64,000 bases of DNA from the human T2T-CHM13v2.0 reference genome, Homo sapiens, in assembly GCF_009914755.1 (NCBI RefSeq), contig NC_060928.1. One strand, given 5' to 3'. The position numbers and the translations under genes were made by a program. Below the pieces are notes generated by a model that was not told where the DNA came from, did not search any database, and was given only the letters and a program-made list of their open reading frames with translations. This document shows positions 1-16,477 of this stretch, in pieces (the stretch's first letter is position 1; each line of letters opens with the position of its first letter).

Positions 1-84
1 AGACTGGTCTCAAACTCCTAGGCTCAAAGGATCCTACTGCCTCTGCCTCCCAAAGACGTGGGATTACAGGCATGAGCCACCCAC
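1..84 (-). mobile_element. Alu (5' end of the element, cut by the window edge)
   Basis: ctcaaactcct...cctcccaaag...gggattacaggcatgagccac. Confidence 0.85.
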
Positions 85-1910
85 CTCTTTATTTTGCTTT
101 TATGAGTCAAAAACATTTGTCTCTTCTCCCTTAGCATTCATCTAAGTATATATTTTATAGGAGAAAGGCCAAGGGGAAGATCAGGGTGATGTTCAGTATT
201 AATATACTGTGCTTCAGAAAAGGAATGACATAAGCTATTGTCCTGAGAAATAATCTCTAGAACCCTCTGTCAAATTAATCACTGAGCATAAGGGGCTCTA
301 TTCAGAGAGGTGTTTTTATAAAGCCAAGGAGACCCTGCATACCTGGCTGGAGAGGGAGGAAGGGATTGAGGACAGAGTGGAAGTAAGGAAAGGCCTGGCC
401 AGCTTCTGGTCCTGGGGATGGCAGGAAGATGGAAAAGGAGAGGAAGGGCACACAGTAAGGTTCCCTTTGACTTCCTGTCTGGAGGCTGTGCTTCAAGGTG
501 AGTTACTCCAAGAGCAGTCTGCACCTCAGGCACATCACAGCGAGCTGGGCAGCCGGGGTGGTCAGGCAGAAAGAGGGCTCTGGGGCTCAGCATTCTGGGG
601 TGCCCTCGACCTTTACAGGATAGGGATGCAGCGTTGAGAAGCCAAGGATCCACAGCGTGCACAGAGTGGTGAGGGGAGCTGACCGCACAGCAGAGCCTGG
701 ATGCGAGGCTGGGCCAGAGGCTGGAGGAAGGGCATGGCAGATATTCCGGAGTCTGTAGCCTGTGGGAGCTGACTGGCTGAGTCAGCAGGAAGTGATAATC
801 CTGCCCAGACCCAAAGAGATCAGATTACCAGTGACACCAGCCTCAGGTTTCAGCTTTGAAGGCCAGGAAACACCCAGGGAACAGGGACACAGCCCTGGAG
901 ACCAGAAGAGGTAGAGGACATCATGCCCAACAGCCCAGGTTTTCCCACCACCATAAGATGTTAACTGCTCCCACTCACCGGGGAACTATCCTGGGAAGGA
1001 AGCGGAGGAGGGGAGACTATTCGGAGAGACCAGGCATTTTTATCCTGATGAGTGATTTTTTCCTAATAGACTGCTGCCATCTTTGGAACGGATTACACTA
1101 AAAAGGATTAGACATTTGGTTAATTTTATCTCTCTCTATAAATTTCAGTTATATATAATATATATACACACATATGCTATATATTTATATTTATCATATA
1201 TAGAAGAAATTGCATATTTTAGACTGATATGTGTGTAAATTATTTAACTTCACTACAAGATTTTTGTTATATTAAAAGAAATACATCTTAGTTGTAAAAT
1301 GTTTGAAAAATAAAAGTATCCATAAATCACTGAAGATATGACCATAGTCAACATTTTTGTGAATAATTTTTACATCTTATTCCAGTGTATATGGATTTAT
1401 TAAATAGAACCTTAAGAAATTTCTGAGATTGTACTGTTTCTGACTTATAAAATTAGAGATTTCATGGAGTCAACCTAATACATCTGGTCTAGGGGCACAC
1501 ACACATGCACACATACACATACATGTACATCTATGTTCTAGGTGCATATGTATAGCTGTAAAAATAGATATTCTTCCCTTCAAAAATGAGATTATACTGT
1601 TTTATAACTTTTTAAAAAATTTAGCAATGTGTTGTGAACATCTTTATACATCATTAAATATTTTTCCAGGAGGTCCTTTTTAAGTGATTACATGGTATTT
1701 CACAGCAAAAAGTGCCACAATGTGTTTATTAGATAAATATATCTAAATACCTGTTGTTAGATATTTAGATTTCTAATAATTATTTGATGTCATGAATAAC
1801 ATGGTAATACATAAACTTACAGCTAAATATTTGAACACATTGAGAATTTTTTTTAGAATAAATATATAGAAATGACATTGCTAGAACAATGGATACACAG
1901 TATTTTGAAG

Positions 1911-2046
1911 TTTTTTTTTAACTTTTATTTTCGGTTAATGGGTACATGTTCAGGTTTGTTATATAGGTAAACTGAGTGTCTTGGGGGTTTGGTGTACAGA
2001 TTATTTTGTCACACAGGTAATAAGCATACACCGTAGGTAGTTTCTT
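1911..2046 (-). mobile_element. Short 5'-truncated L1 (L1PA/PB-type 3' end) with 13-bp target-site duplication
   Basis: Poly-T followed by ggtacatgttcaggtttgttatataggtaaact. TSD gtattttgaagtt (1900-1912) / gtattttaaagtt (2047-2059). Confidence 0.75.
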
Positions 2047-2262
2047 GTATTTTAAAGTTGATTTATCAATTTACATTCTCTTAACACTATACTGAGACAA
2101 ATCTTCAATTGGCTGCCAACTTGCTAGGTGAAAAACTGTAACTGATTTTACTTTTGGTTCCTGGGATTGAATAATTATTCCTGTACTTAATAGTTCTATG
2201 TTTTCTTTATCTTTATCTTTGTCTTTTTTTTTTTTTTAATGGTCGCTTCATGGCGTTTGTTT

Positions 2263-2326
2263 TGTGCTGAGCTCCATATTGAACCTGCCTATATGTGCTG
2301 AGCTCCATATTGAACCTGCCTATATG
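2263..2326. repeat. Perfect 31-bp tandem duplication
   Basis: tgtgctgagctccatattgaacctgcctata x2. Confidence 0.95.
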
Positions 2327-2753
2327 GGAAGCTGAGCTCACAGTCTGGCCCCTCATCACGATCTCTCAGGCAGATTTCTAGCCTCAAAACCTTTTGTTTC
2401 TTTGAAATCCATATTCAATTTGTCATTCAGTCTGCTGCTACTTTTACTGAACTATTATTTCATGGACAGTTGAGAAATGGAAAGATCTTGATGATTAGTT
2501 GATTTTCTTCATTTCACCAACAAGGATATTGACATCGGGCCATGCTAGTAACTTTCTCAGTGTCACGGGTCATATGAGGGTCTAGTGCTGGAATCTGGGC
2601 TCCTGGTCTGGTTGTGTATCTGTCACCTCTCGTCCTGGGATGGTTCCTCAGGCCTGGTCTCTGTCAGGGAGCCATCCAAATAAATGCTGGCTGGTCGTGC
2701 TTTACCCAAGTTTTCTGCTCTGTTGCTTTTCTATTTGTGGCTTCTGTGTGTGA

Positions 2754-3054
<301 letters not shown>

Positions 3055-3073
3055 CTAACTGTGTTTTTATGTC

Positions 3074-3123
3074 ACTTCCTTCTTAAAAACTGATGAGCTT
3101 ACTTCCTTCTTAAAAACTGATGA
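3074..3123. repeat. 27-bp-period tandem duplication
   Basis: acttccttcttaaaaactgatga x2, separated by gctt. Confidence 0.9.
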
Positions 3124-4980
3124 ACGATTCTAATATTTGTTTTATATAATATCTGCTTTAGAAATCTCTCATTGATTTTAAACATATTTATAAATGCCAC
3201 ATTCTGACTGTCTTCATCAAACATCTAGCTGAGAAAACTTGGGAATGCAGCCAAGAGGACCTAACACAGGTATTCACATGCTTGGTGCCAGTGAGAATCA
3301 GCTTAAAGGGGACTTCCGAAGGCCAAAAGGCCAGGGAACTAGCCTTTTAGAGCCAACTACATGCTGGACTGTTGGTATATTTTATCTTATTTACTCCTCA
3401 GATAAATATTATGTGATATTCTTTTATTACATCATTTCACAAGCTGACCAAAGTCACGAGTACAGGCCCACTTCCTTAGGAACCTAACTGAGTCTGAGTT
3501 TGGAAAATACGCTTTTCATACCATTTACAGGAGCCGCGTTGGCAAAGCAAGGCGTTCACTCTCTGATCCTTTTTCTTTTTGTAAACTCTGACTGCCAGAA
3601 CAATCTTCAAATAACATGTCATTATCAGCAGCCAAAAAGGAAGCTTGGACCCTTTTGAATTTGAAGTTTGCACAGCAGTCCTTGTTATTGCTTTCCATCT
3701 TTTCTCACTGGGAAAAAATGGCTCCCGAAATAAGAATGTTCTTCGTGACTCCATTTAGAAAATTGGTCATCTCGTCTGTGCATCACCAGTGTCGAGAACT
3801 GTGCTGTGGTTTTTAGTACAGCTGTCTAGCAATTTATCTTTGATAGTGAAAGAAATACCATGGCCATTAATCCATGAAGAGATGTCTGCTAAGCTTTTTG
3901 TCATATCATCTGACAGCTGACCAAAGCCATAAGTGTGTGTGTGGAAGGATGTCGGGTGGGTGGGAGGCCCGGACAGCACTCAGCTCTCAGAGTTCATAAA
4001 CATTTTGAGATTTCTCCATTAGCAGGGAGAAGGAGACAAAGAGTGAGGGAGAGAGAGGGAAAAAAATATTTTAGAGACCTCATTATAAATACTTGGAACA
4101 AATAATATCAGTGTTTTTCCTAGGGAACAGGCCAAAGATAGACTTACTAGTTTCAACTCATTTCTGTCTGCCAGCCACCAAATTTCTTTGCTGAAGGGTT
4201 AGGGTGGAAAATGCCGGTAATTCTAAGGGGAAGCCTGTGCTATCAGCAACTCTGACAAGCTAACAACTGGTTAGTTTGTATAGGAGCAGCCTCTGAGGGG
4301 GACATTCTTATTGAAAAAGTGAGCAAGTCTCATGCTCCCGGTCTGGTCTATGGTACCTATCAGGTTCAGAATATCTTGATGCTTGTGTGTGACTTCTTTT
4401 GTTTTAAATGAAACACACTCTATTAAGATAGAGTCACCAAGATGAGCCCAGAGGAATTATCAAAGTCATATCTTGCTGTGTGAACAGCTTTGTGTCCCAG
4501 CCCCCAGAGGGCTTTAGTTGAGATGTTGGTGGCATTCGGTCAGGAATTGTCAAGTCTGAGCGCTTTGAATGCCAAGCTTGAGCGGAATTTTGATCTTGAT
4601 ATCCTGTTCCTTGTATCAAAGCTCTTCTGTTAAGAAAAAAAGTGACCCTGGTTCAAATATGGGCTAATGTCACTGAGGAGGGGCAGAAAAAAGTGTTACT
4701 GGTTGGCATTGCATTATAGACCTAATATGATTAATATTTGTAATCCGACAATCTAATTTTCAGACCCATTTCACTTGGTTTGATTAAAGAATTGTCAGGG
4801 AATCATTAGAAAATGTATACCAGTTCCTTGTATTTTGTCCAAGGAGATTTTTCTGGGATGAGTATTATCTATAAATTCTTGTGCTTATATTTCATCATGG
4901 CCTTAACTATACTTGCACTCTGGTGAAGAACACTGATATCTCGTAATTATCTAATTAATAACTTCTGATATTATTAACTT

Positions 4981-5107
4981 TTTTTCTTTTTAAAGACAGG
5001 ATCTTACTACGTTGCTCAGGCTGGTCTCAAACTCATCAGTCCAAGAGATCCTTCTACCTCAGCCTTTGGAGTAGCTGGGACTGCAGGCACCACCACCACA
5101 CTTGGCT
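4981..5107 (-). mobile_element. FLAM / Alu monomer
   Basis: Single-arm, diverged Alu-like sequence. Confidence 0.7.
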
Positions 5108-5522
5108 TCATTTTCCTTTAACATTTTAACATACAACATATATGAGTATTTACTTACTGAGTGGCAAACACTGTTGATTGAATGTTTCAATGTCTCCTCT
5201 GTCCCTTGTGGAAGGAAAACTCGCAGGCTGCTGACAGTTCCTTTGAAGCCTCAGTGTGCATTTGAGATGGCTTCTTAAAGCCAATGATTGAGAACGTATG
5301 ATGAAACAAGGTAGATCAAATAGTCTGGTCTTATGGAACCAGGAGCCAGCTAGAGAGCTCGAGAGAGTCTGATTGCCTGAGGCATCCTCTGAGAGCTCTA
5401 GATATCCATTTCTTGTTTCTTTTTTGCCTCTTCAGCTCACTTTCCAAGTTGTGCAATTATAACTTGGAAACGTGCTGTGCCTTTTATTGAGGGTGTTGCC
5501 CCCATGGAAGCAGCCCTTGCAA

Positions 5523-6180
<658 letters not shown>

Positions 6181-6675
6181 TGCAGACATGAGAGGCAGTA
6201 GGGAAAGTTAAGATCAGAGTTAGGGATTCCTTACCTTGTAGAGGGCCATTGCTATCCCTCTGACTCAGATAGAGCTTCTGCGGCAGGGTAGATTAATGGT
6301 AGATTCCTAGTCTATCCAAGTGTGTGCATAATGAACAATGAGTGAAAAGAGATTGCTAAATATTTACGCCCTGGGAACATATAATTTTTTCCTGCATTAC
6401 TGAATATACCACTGACTGTTTTGGCTAGGGTGCTCTCTCTGTGTCTGTGTGTGTGTAGGGAAGGGGTGTCTTTGTGAAGCTATAAGCTGAACTACTCAAC
6501 AGTTATCACCTATTATATCTTGTTTTTATGCAAATCCCAAATTGAGTATGGAGCTGGGGGAAGGGGGCATTTCAGTTGTCACCCTCTGGAACAAGATAGA
6601 TCCTCTGCATTGATCATCCACTAGGAACCAGGGAGCAGAGAAGTGGGTGGAAGCGAGTGTCCCTGAGAGAAGGCC

Positions 6676-7373
<698 letters not shown>

Positions 7374-8092
7374 ACAAGGACTGACCCCTGGTTTTGTGTT
7401 TAAACACATGGTTACTATTAGTATGGACTAGAGATGAGAATACGCCCATCTTTTCTTCACTAGGGACATGGGCATCACTCACATTGCAGACGATGTGGGT
7501 GATTAGAGGGCACAATGGGATTCCCCGAGCAAAGCCTGATGGCGCAGCCTCACCGAGGCTCCCACTCTGAGCCCAGGCTGGCCTCGTCATCGGTGCCCCG
7601 AAGTCTGCGTACCTTCTGGAAAGCAAAGGAATCTTTCTACCCTACCCACGTGGCCTGCGACAGCTCACTAATAACTGAGCTTGCTTTGCTTCACACACCT
7701 GGCTTTTGCTGATGACATCATCGCCTCTGAGATCATCCGGGAGGGAATGGCCTCCCTGCTCTGGGCTGATCTGAGCCTCAGTAGAGATATTTTTACAATG
7801 ACTGCTTTGCCCAGAGACATTCTACAGAGATCCTTGTTTATCTCTAGGCACTCGTCTACCTTGTGCTTCAGTCCACCTCAGGGATTGTTTGACTCCTTCC
7901 TAGGTGCATTCCGGCTTTATCTCCAGAGTTTGGGAGGAGAAACTGCCTTCTACAAAGGGCCTAGATCTGACAGTCATAGGGCAGAAGATGAGACCATTAG
8001 GACTGTGACTCTCAGCCTTTTAATTCCGGATTAAAAAAAAATCCTTTACAATGATTTACAAGATGATTCTCCTAAGTAGTATGAGTTACCCT

Positions 8093-8297
8093 AGGGCAGG
8101 GCTTCTGACCTCAACACTATAGGCAATTTGGGCTGGATAATTCTTAGTTGTGAGGGCTGGCCTGTGTATTGTGGGTCCAGCAGTGTCTCTGGTCTCTATG
8201 CACTAGATACCAGTAGCACCCCTGAGAAGTGCTTGTATATTGCCAAATGTCCCCTGGAGGAGTGACAAAGTCACCCACAGGGAAGAAGCCCTGCGCT
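8093..8297. mobile_element. MER20-like hAT DNA transposon
   Basis: 'ggctggataattcttagttgtgagggctggcctgtgtattgt...cactagataccagtagcacc...attgccaaatgtcccctgg'. Confidence 0.75.
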
Positions 8298-8795
8298 AGT
8301 ACATTATAAAAATATGTTCAATCTAACTTTTTTGAACTATATCTAATTTCAAAGTAAATGATCTGTTCCATCAATTTTGATTCAAAAAATTGAAACAAAC
8401 CTCCAGGATGGTTTGGATGTTACATCCAACTGCAATCCACACATTCATTTCTCAGTTTAATCTCTCTCTTCCTTTAGCCATCCCTTCACTGTACAGGTGC
8501 TTTTAAAACCTGTGATGGCCTATAGTAGGAAGATTATAAGTATTATTTTCTTTTCTCTCTTCATTTCGCCTTTCCTTCCTCTACCAATTCCTCAGATTAC
8601 AATAGATTTTCTAACCTGGTGGTAATTTTGTAATTCTTGCTTTGAGGTTTTGAGTTCATTGTATTTTCGTGAATCCTGAGGATTGACTTAGACTTTTTCT
8701 CCTTTTTTTTATAGACCTCGCTAATGTCAAATTGACTTGAAAACATGATTTATTCACTTTATTTCAGAGTCCTGCTCAAAGGTAAGTGCAGATTA

Positions 8796-9236
<441 letters not shown>

Positions 9237-10069
9237 TTAGTGAACCTGTTTCTTCTTTTTGTTCCTTTATAGCTTTTTAATTTTTCCTACAATAAGCATC
9301 TATTGCTTGTGGAATTGAAAAAGAAAAAAAATGCTTGAAAAAATTATTCTCAAGCTCCCTGTGAAATCAGTGCAAGATTCAGCACGTACCCCCTGGTGTT
9401 GTTAATGGTAACAAGAGTTGTATTGGAAATGACACTTATTTTTGGAAGACACAGGGACAACTGAGTCACCCATAGTATTTTAGGGGAAAGAATGAAACAA
9501 GAAACCCCAAATGAACAGGTGAAGATTTACTAGGCAGATTTCTGTCTTGTACTGAACGTTTTTTGGGTCAAGATTATATGCATGTGCATGAGCTCAGATG
9601 GAACTGTCCTGACCTGTGGAGGGGCCGAATTTAGCAGTGAGCTCAGGCTCAGGTCACTTAGAGTCATCCAGCAGAAAATGGCTGGTGTATCTTGGGGCTT
9701 TGTATGCTTAAGAGCTGTCCGGCAAGCACGCAGCATTCCTAGAGCACGCTGGGCTCGCCTGTCTCCCATTGATTCAACTCACAGACAGGCTTGTGCTCAG
9801 TCAAAACATGTCAGTCATTGAAAGTATATTCTCACTGGTTAGTGTCCTTTTAGAAACCAAACTCAGCTTTCTTCAGGGAAACAATTTGTGCTGATGGGTA
9901 CACCTCTTTCTCTTCATCCTGTGCACAGTAAGATGCTGCTATGAGGGGGTGTTTGTTCATGTCAGCCCTGCTTGTGAGAATGGTGGAGAGGGAAGGAGGT
10001 GGATGGGTGCAGCTGCTCAACCCTGAGTGCACAGCTTCATCCACAATGTGTTTAGCACCAAGCTTACAT

Positions 10070-10300
10070 GGTTTAGAAGAAAGATGACAGGCTTGGGAGA
10101 TAGACGCGTGAGATTCTCAATCCGATTTCAATCAAATATTATGTATAATACCTTACATGTCTGGATAAGTTATTTAACTTCCCAGAGCCTCAGCTCCCTC
10201 ATCTCTAAAATGGGCACAAAGCAGACTTCCTGTTAGATTTCTTGTGAGCATAAAGATGAGGAACGCATGTGAGGAACAGCCTGGTGTACAGCAGGTGTTC
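10070..10300 (+). mobile_element. MIR fragment
   Basis: 'ggataagttatttaacttcccagagcctcagctccctcatctctaaaatggg' is the MIR core. Confidence 0.65.
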
Positions 10301-10359
10301 GCTATTTCTTTCCCTCGGGTCAGTTTCCAGTTTCCAGGTGTGTTGCTACCAATCGGCAC

Positions 10360-10748
10360 AGGCAAGCGCTCACAAACGTTTCCTCTAAAGAAACAGAGAG
10401 TAAATGCTCTAGGTTTTGTGAGCTAGGAGGCAAAATTAAGGATATTATGTACGTTCTTTCTTACATAATAAAGAGAAAACACATTTCCACCAATTGTTAC
10501 TGATTTAGGAACATAATAATACAAATAGAGCACAATTTTTTTTCTAACATAGATCTACTAATGAAAAGAAAAGAACCCTTTTCTGGGGAGATAGCGTTTT
10601 ACTTAACTGAGGTTCAAAGTTAGAGTTCCCTCTTATCAAGGGGATTGCCAGTGTTCATCTGTACAAACCATTCTTAATTTGCAGGCCATGCAGGAGCAGG
10701 CCGTGAGCTGAATTTTGTCCACAGGCCACATTTTGGAAATCTCTGCTA
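10360..10748. mobile_element. MER58-family (hAT-Charlie) DNA transposon
   Basis: 'caaacgtttcctctaaagaaacagagagtaaatgctctaggttttgtgagc' at one end and 'caggccacattttggaaatctctg' at the other. Confidence 0.55.
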
Positions 10749-10941
10749 TGGACTGCTTATTAATAGCACCAATCTCTGCTTGTATTCTAACTGTAATCAT
10801 TAATGGTGAGTAAATAATCTGAAATCGTAAGTGATGAATGAACTGTTAGAGAGCTACCATCTGCAGAGGGGGATGAAATAATTAATTAAATAAACAGGCA
10901 CTGGAAGCTGACAGGATACTTAGTCTTATTTGATCAAATAA

Positions 10942-11254
<313 letters not shown>

Positions 11255-12299
11255 GTGATCAGATAATTCTTTAAATAATATCTTTCTTTGTGGCTAAAAT
11301 CTGGAAAACAGCAGGAAGAAATGATCAGGCCACACAAACCAACCACCTACTATGAGAGATCAGGCAGTGGATGATTGTGAAAAGTTACTCAAATAGGTTA
11401 TTTCTGCATCGAATCAAGTAAGAAAAGGACTTGCTTGTCTTTAGTGATGATGCAGCTAAAGGAGGGATGAAGATCTGGCATGTAAGTATCAGAGGGTCCC
11501 TTCCTTCCGCCCTTCCACCCACCTGGATGGACAGGTCAGATGGATCTAGTTATATGACCCTTACACACTCAGATGAAAACAAGACCAAAAGACTATTATG
11601 GGGTATATTCTTCACCCAAAGGGATTACATTTTAGCAGAATGCTAATATAGAGTGGGAATTATCCTATGGCATAGAAGGCACCAGAGTGGGTGTTAAGGG
11701 GAAGCAACGTGACAAGACATCTTTGATAACCGAGTTGGCAAAAGAGGAATGTCCATATTTCTGAATATTTAAGAGATAGATATGGAAAAGGGTCCAAACA
11801 CATAGAGCAAGAAGGGACTAAGGTATATGAGAAAAGATCCAAGCAGGCAAGCTGGCTCTTTCCCATTTGTGTGGCAGAAAGCGGGGACCCCACCGCCACC
11901 CATCATTTGAAATTCACTGAAAGCCTGTGGACATTTGCAGAAGCTGCCGAGCCAATGGTGCTGAAGCTGCTTAGGGTAAAGATTTTAAAATTTCAGAGTG
12001 TTGAACTGGGAAAGTGCTTACAACTCCTTGTAACTAACCCCTCCTTGGAAAACTAGCTGTTTTGAGGCAGAAATATTTTACAATGTATTGTTTTAACTGA
12101 AGGGCAATTTTTAGCCAAAGAACGTTTAGCAAATGAGCTTTGGTGGTGGGTTTAAAAATATTTCTTCTCTGAGCTGATGCTGACACAGCTTTTCTCCATG
12201 TTTGTGTTAAAAGAACACACAACAAAATGCATTTTCTCTTAGTTTAACAAGTTGGAATAAAATACACAATTTTTATAAAGATAAATGTCAAGAAGAAAA

Positions 12300-14412
12300 A
12301 CTGAAGTATACTTCCAAGCAAAATTTATTAGATGTCTATTCAAGAAAAACACAATGACCTTTGCTTGTAAGAATTCAAAGTCAATTACCTGGAAGCCAGG
12401 TATGAATAGTTTTTTCTTTTAAAATCAGATACAGAGAGTAGAAACAGTAATTTTTCTTAAATATGACAGGCAACAGATATTGAAGTCTTTTCTCATAAAT
12501 GGCATCAAAGAGAATTATTCATTTATCAGCAAAGCTGCATGCAGTTGACTTAATTTCAAACCTGAAGCCTTTAAAATATGAAGCTGGTTATGAACTTGAC
12601 AGAAATCAAGGTAGGCTACTCAACGATGTTTCTTTACCTTCTTCCTAATGAAATTCCCTTGTCATCAGTCAGTAGATATGTACATTTCATTTGGCTTCTA
12701 CGATCTTTTAACTTCATAGATTTTTGCATAAATGCTATCTGACAGAATCACACTATCTAGGGGTGCTTGTGATCTGTGAGATAAGGAGAGGCTAGTCTGC
12801 TGAAAGTGTTGTCGCAGGATAAAGACCAAATTAGGAAACGCCCCTGTTTTCTCAACAACTAAATAGTCTGTACAAAAAAAGAGCAAACATATGTACAAAA
12901 TTCTAGAGGCTACATACATTGTGAAAAGATCAATCACTGTCCATGAAAGAGATGCCATAAAAAGTTTTATCTGTAAGGTGCTCAAGATCCAAAGATGAAC
13001 AGTTCTTATGCAAAGTCATAAGAAATACAAAGCTAGTTTTCGGAGCAGGTGTAATTCAGGCACTGTGAACTATATTAAACCTTCCAGGTCCCAATATCAT
13101 TTTTTAAATTTCTGCTTCAGGGCAGAAAATAAAACCTGAATGATTTAACATTGCTTCTAAAAAGTGCCTAATTTATTCCTAGGAAATATTTTACACACAC
13201 CAGGAAAATCAGGCTCAACATATTCCTGTCCTCAAATGTAGCCAGGATTCTGAGTTCCATAGAAGAAAAATAATTATTATAGTAAAAATAATTGTAGTAA
13301 TCCTAATCCTTGCTAAAACCAACTTTAATACTTGTGATGCTTCTGTACTCTATTTCTATAAAATAATGTGTGAGATTCTATTACATTTCCATAAAATGTA
13401 CAACATATCATATGGATTATATGTTCTCATACAATCTCAAATGTGTATGTGTACACACAGTGAAATCTTACCTACTAGTATTGCTTACAGATACTTTCAG
13501 GTGTCTGTTAGAATAATTCTTTGCACCTCTCACTAACACTGCTTTTACTTACATTTTTTCAGATAAATAAAACACTAAGAGCTCATTGTTCATGATGCTG
13601 ATCATTACATTTTAATATAAAATAGCGATGCAACTTTACAACACAATAGTTTTCCCCTGTAGCCTAGCTCAGCCTCTTGTATTGTCATGATTATTACCGA
13701 AGGCTTTTATTTACTTACTGTTTGCACTTCTAAAAAATGCAAACAAATTGCAGAAAAAGACTCCTATTTGAAAACTCACATTCAATCAGCAAAATCACAC
13801 TCATCCAAATTAACTCGCCTCCTCTTGCTTTAAAGGTTGTAATCACTGTGCATATTACAACATGTATGTGCAGGCAAACAATAGCTAAAGTACAGTTACA
13901 GTTGTCATATTGTGTAAACCAAGACACTAGGCAAACTTGTGAAAAGAATACACACTGCCAAGCGAAGAATATGAAAATGCAAACCACAGCATTCCCCAAT
14001 AAACAATTTTCTGGTCGTCTTGGGGGAGAACATCGCCTGGGGGGAGATGTTGAAATGGAGCCACGAGGCTGGACAGCCTCCTGGAGACACTTTTTTTTTT
14101 TTTTTTTGCCTCAAATATTTGACCATTTTTAAATATCATGATTTTTTTCTTTCTGATCCCACATTTTGACGTGTCAAAGCTTAGAGCAGGAAGTAGGAAT
14201 CCACACTTTCACGGAGGGGGACCAGCCTGCCATGTCGTCCCCAGGCTCACAGCAGCGGCGGCTACTCTGCTGGTGGTTTGGTGGCAGGTGGAGATGGTGA
14301 CGGCGCATTGGAAACCGTAAGGCATGACAACGGGAGGCCCGCGGGGTGTTTCAGGCGCGTTGACGCAGGTGCATGGCTGGCAGGCGGCCTCTACAGAAGG
14401 AGGGAGCGCAAT
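12300..14412 (-). other. SORBS2: SORBS2 3' UTR (about 2.1 kb; end approximate)
   Basis: AT-rich sequence after the stop with no Alu, ending after AATAAA at 12324-12329 followed by a U-rich downstream element. Confidence 0.75.
12324..12329 (-). terminator. Distal polyadenylation signal AATAAA
   Basis: tttatt on the + strand. The sense strand has a U-rich tract (tttttcttcttgac) about 25-40 nt downstream. Confidence 0.65.
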
Positions 14413-14474
14413 TCACAGCCTCTTGACGTAGTTTCCGGGGAAAGTACCAAAGAATTTGGTTCTTCTTGAGGTCC
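14413..14474 (-). CDS. SORBS2: SORBS2 terminal coding segment (G)[19 protein letters not shown]
   Basis: ttttcag|GG ACC...CTG TGA. Completes SH3-3 with the GxFPxNYV motif. Confidence 0.96.
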
Positions 14475-15272
14475 CTGAAAATAGAAGCGAGTCATGAAAG
14501 GGGGGTGACAACGATATCAGTTCATACACATGGGCTTGAATACTTCCCATTTACAAGGCCTCGGAAGACAGCAAGCCCCGAGGGGTTTGGAAAAGAAGGC
14601 AGGCAACTCACATGAAGCCCATAGGCAGACAAAATAAGCAGTGTTAGCTGGTTGCCTGACGCTCTCACTGCCCCTCCGGCATAAATGCTGCGCTGCCATC
14701 GCGGCAGGCTAAACAGAAATGCTGAGCCTCCCAAGCTAAAGGGAAAGTCAGCCCTGCTGAGGAGGGGGGCGGAGGAGCTCAGTCACTGAGGCTGCCACAC
14801 CAGAGTCGGGGGTGAGGGATCAAGGCGAGGCTGACAGGTGACAGGGTGAGTGGAAAATCCTAAGAGCAAAGCTTCTCAGGGACCAGCAACCCGCGCAACA
14901 CAGGTGCGACATGAAGACATCATCTGTGGCAGGCTGTCGCTGTTCCAACAGTTTTATCATCTTACAGAAGATCATGGTCAGTGCCACATCATTTATTTAA
15001 AAACAGCACTGCCAGAGTCCTTCATCGAGTATACAATTTTTCAACAATTTACAAATCATTAATGAAAAAAAGGATTAAGCACTATTTGTGTGTGGGAGTT
15101 CTATCAGTGGCATGATTTTTAACATGGTGTGTGTTTAACCACACGCACAAATGGCTATCATAATTATGTTCGCCTCTGGTTTCAAATAATGTAATTCCTT
15201 GGACACTTCTTGTAAAAGTTGGTGCACTAAATTGCTAAATTCTTCTTTAGGCAGCGCAGATGGACCGGATAA

Positions 15273-15713
<441 letters not shown>

Positions 15714-16477
15714 TTTTTTTCTTCTTTTAATGGAAATAAAATCAGAGGCTTGTGGCCGCACCAGGGCCTCAATTCTTTCATGATTTTGCCACCGATGGAT
15801 GTCTAGAGTGAGCCCTCCTCTCCTCTCACCTTTCCTCTCTTCCATTCTCTGCCCTGCAGCCTGTGTTTCCTTTTCACCTCTTTCTGTGGCCCAGTGTAAA
15901 ATACTTTTGTCTACAAATGTTTTCCCAGAAGACCTCTCGTCTTTTTTTTTAGGATGGTAAAGATGAAGTTGCCTTTTAAGTGGGAAGAATGGAACGTCTC
16001 TCCGCTTCCACCACAAACTAAAGTTAAGGTGAGTCACTGAATGTTCGGGCATCTACGTCAGACCTAGGAAACGGGAGAGCTGTTCACTTAATCTCACTCC
16101 CTCTGAAATTAGATTCTCACTGTGGACAACTAACATTTTCCACAGCACAGAGCGTTGATATTTCTCTTCTGGGGACCATTTGTTGTTGTTGTTCTTAGAT
16201 CTCAATCTTTCCTGGTTTTTGCTATTTAAAGAAATTGTCTTCTCTCAGTTGAGTTGGAAATAAAGCTCGCAGAAAATCACACATAGCTGAAGCAGTGAAT
16301 ACTAAACTATATTAAAAATGCAATAGCCTTGGGATTACATTGTGCATATGAATGTCTGAAAGATCAAAGGCATTACGAATTCAAAGGAAGCTCGGCCATC
16401 ACAGCAAACCACGGGAGTGAGCAAACTCAAGCAAATTACAAAATAGCCGAAGGTGCCTGAGGAAGAAGCGCACATAC

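Noticed and set aside
279-1101. ORFs of 64-127 aa in a purine-skewed, GC-rich stretch
   Set aside because: No recognisable domain or splice support. Consistent with chance ORFs, possibly in an old repeat.
13730-14139. Overlapping ORFs on both strands
   Set aside because: They lie in the SORBS2 3' UTR and show no coding features.
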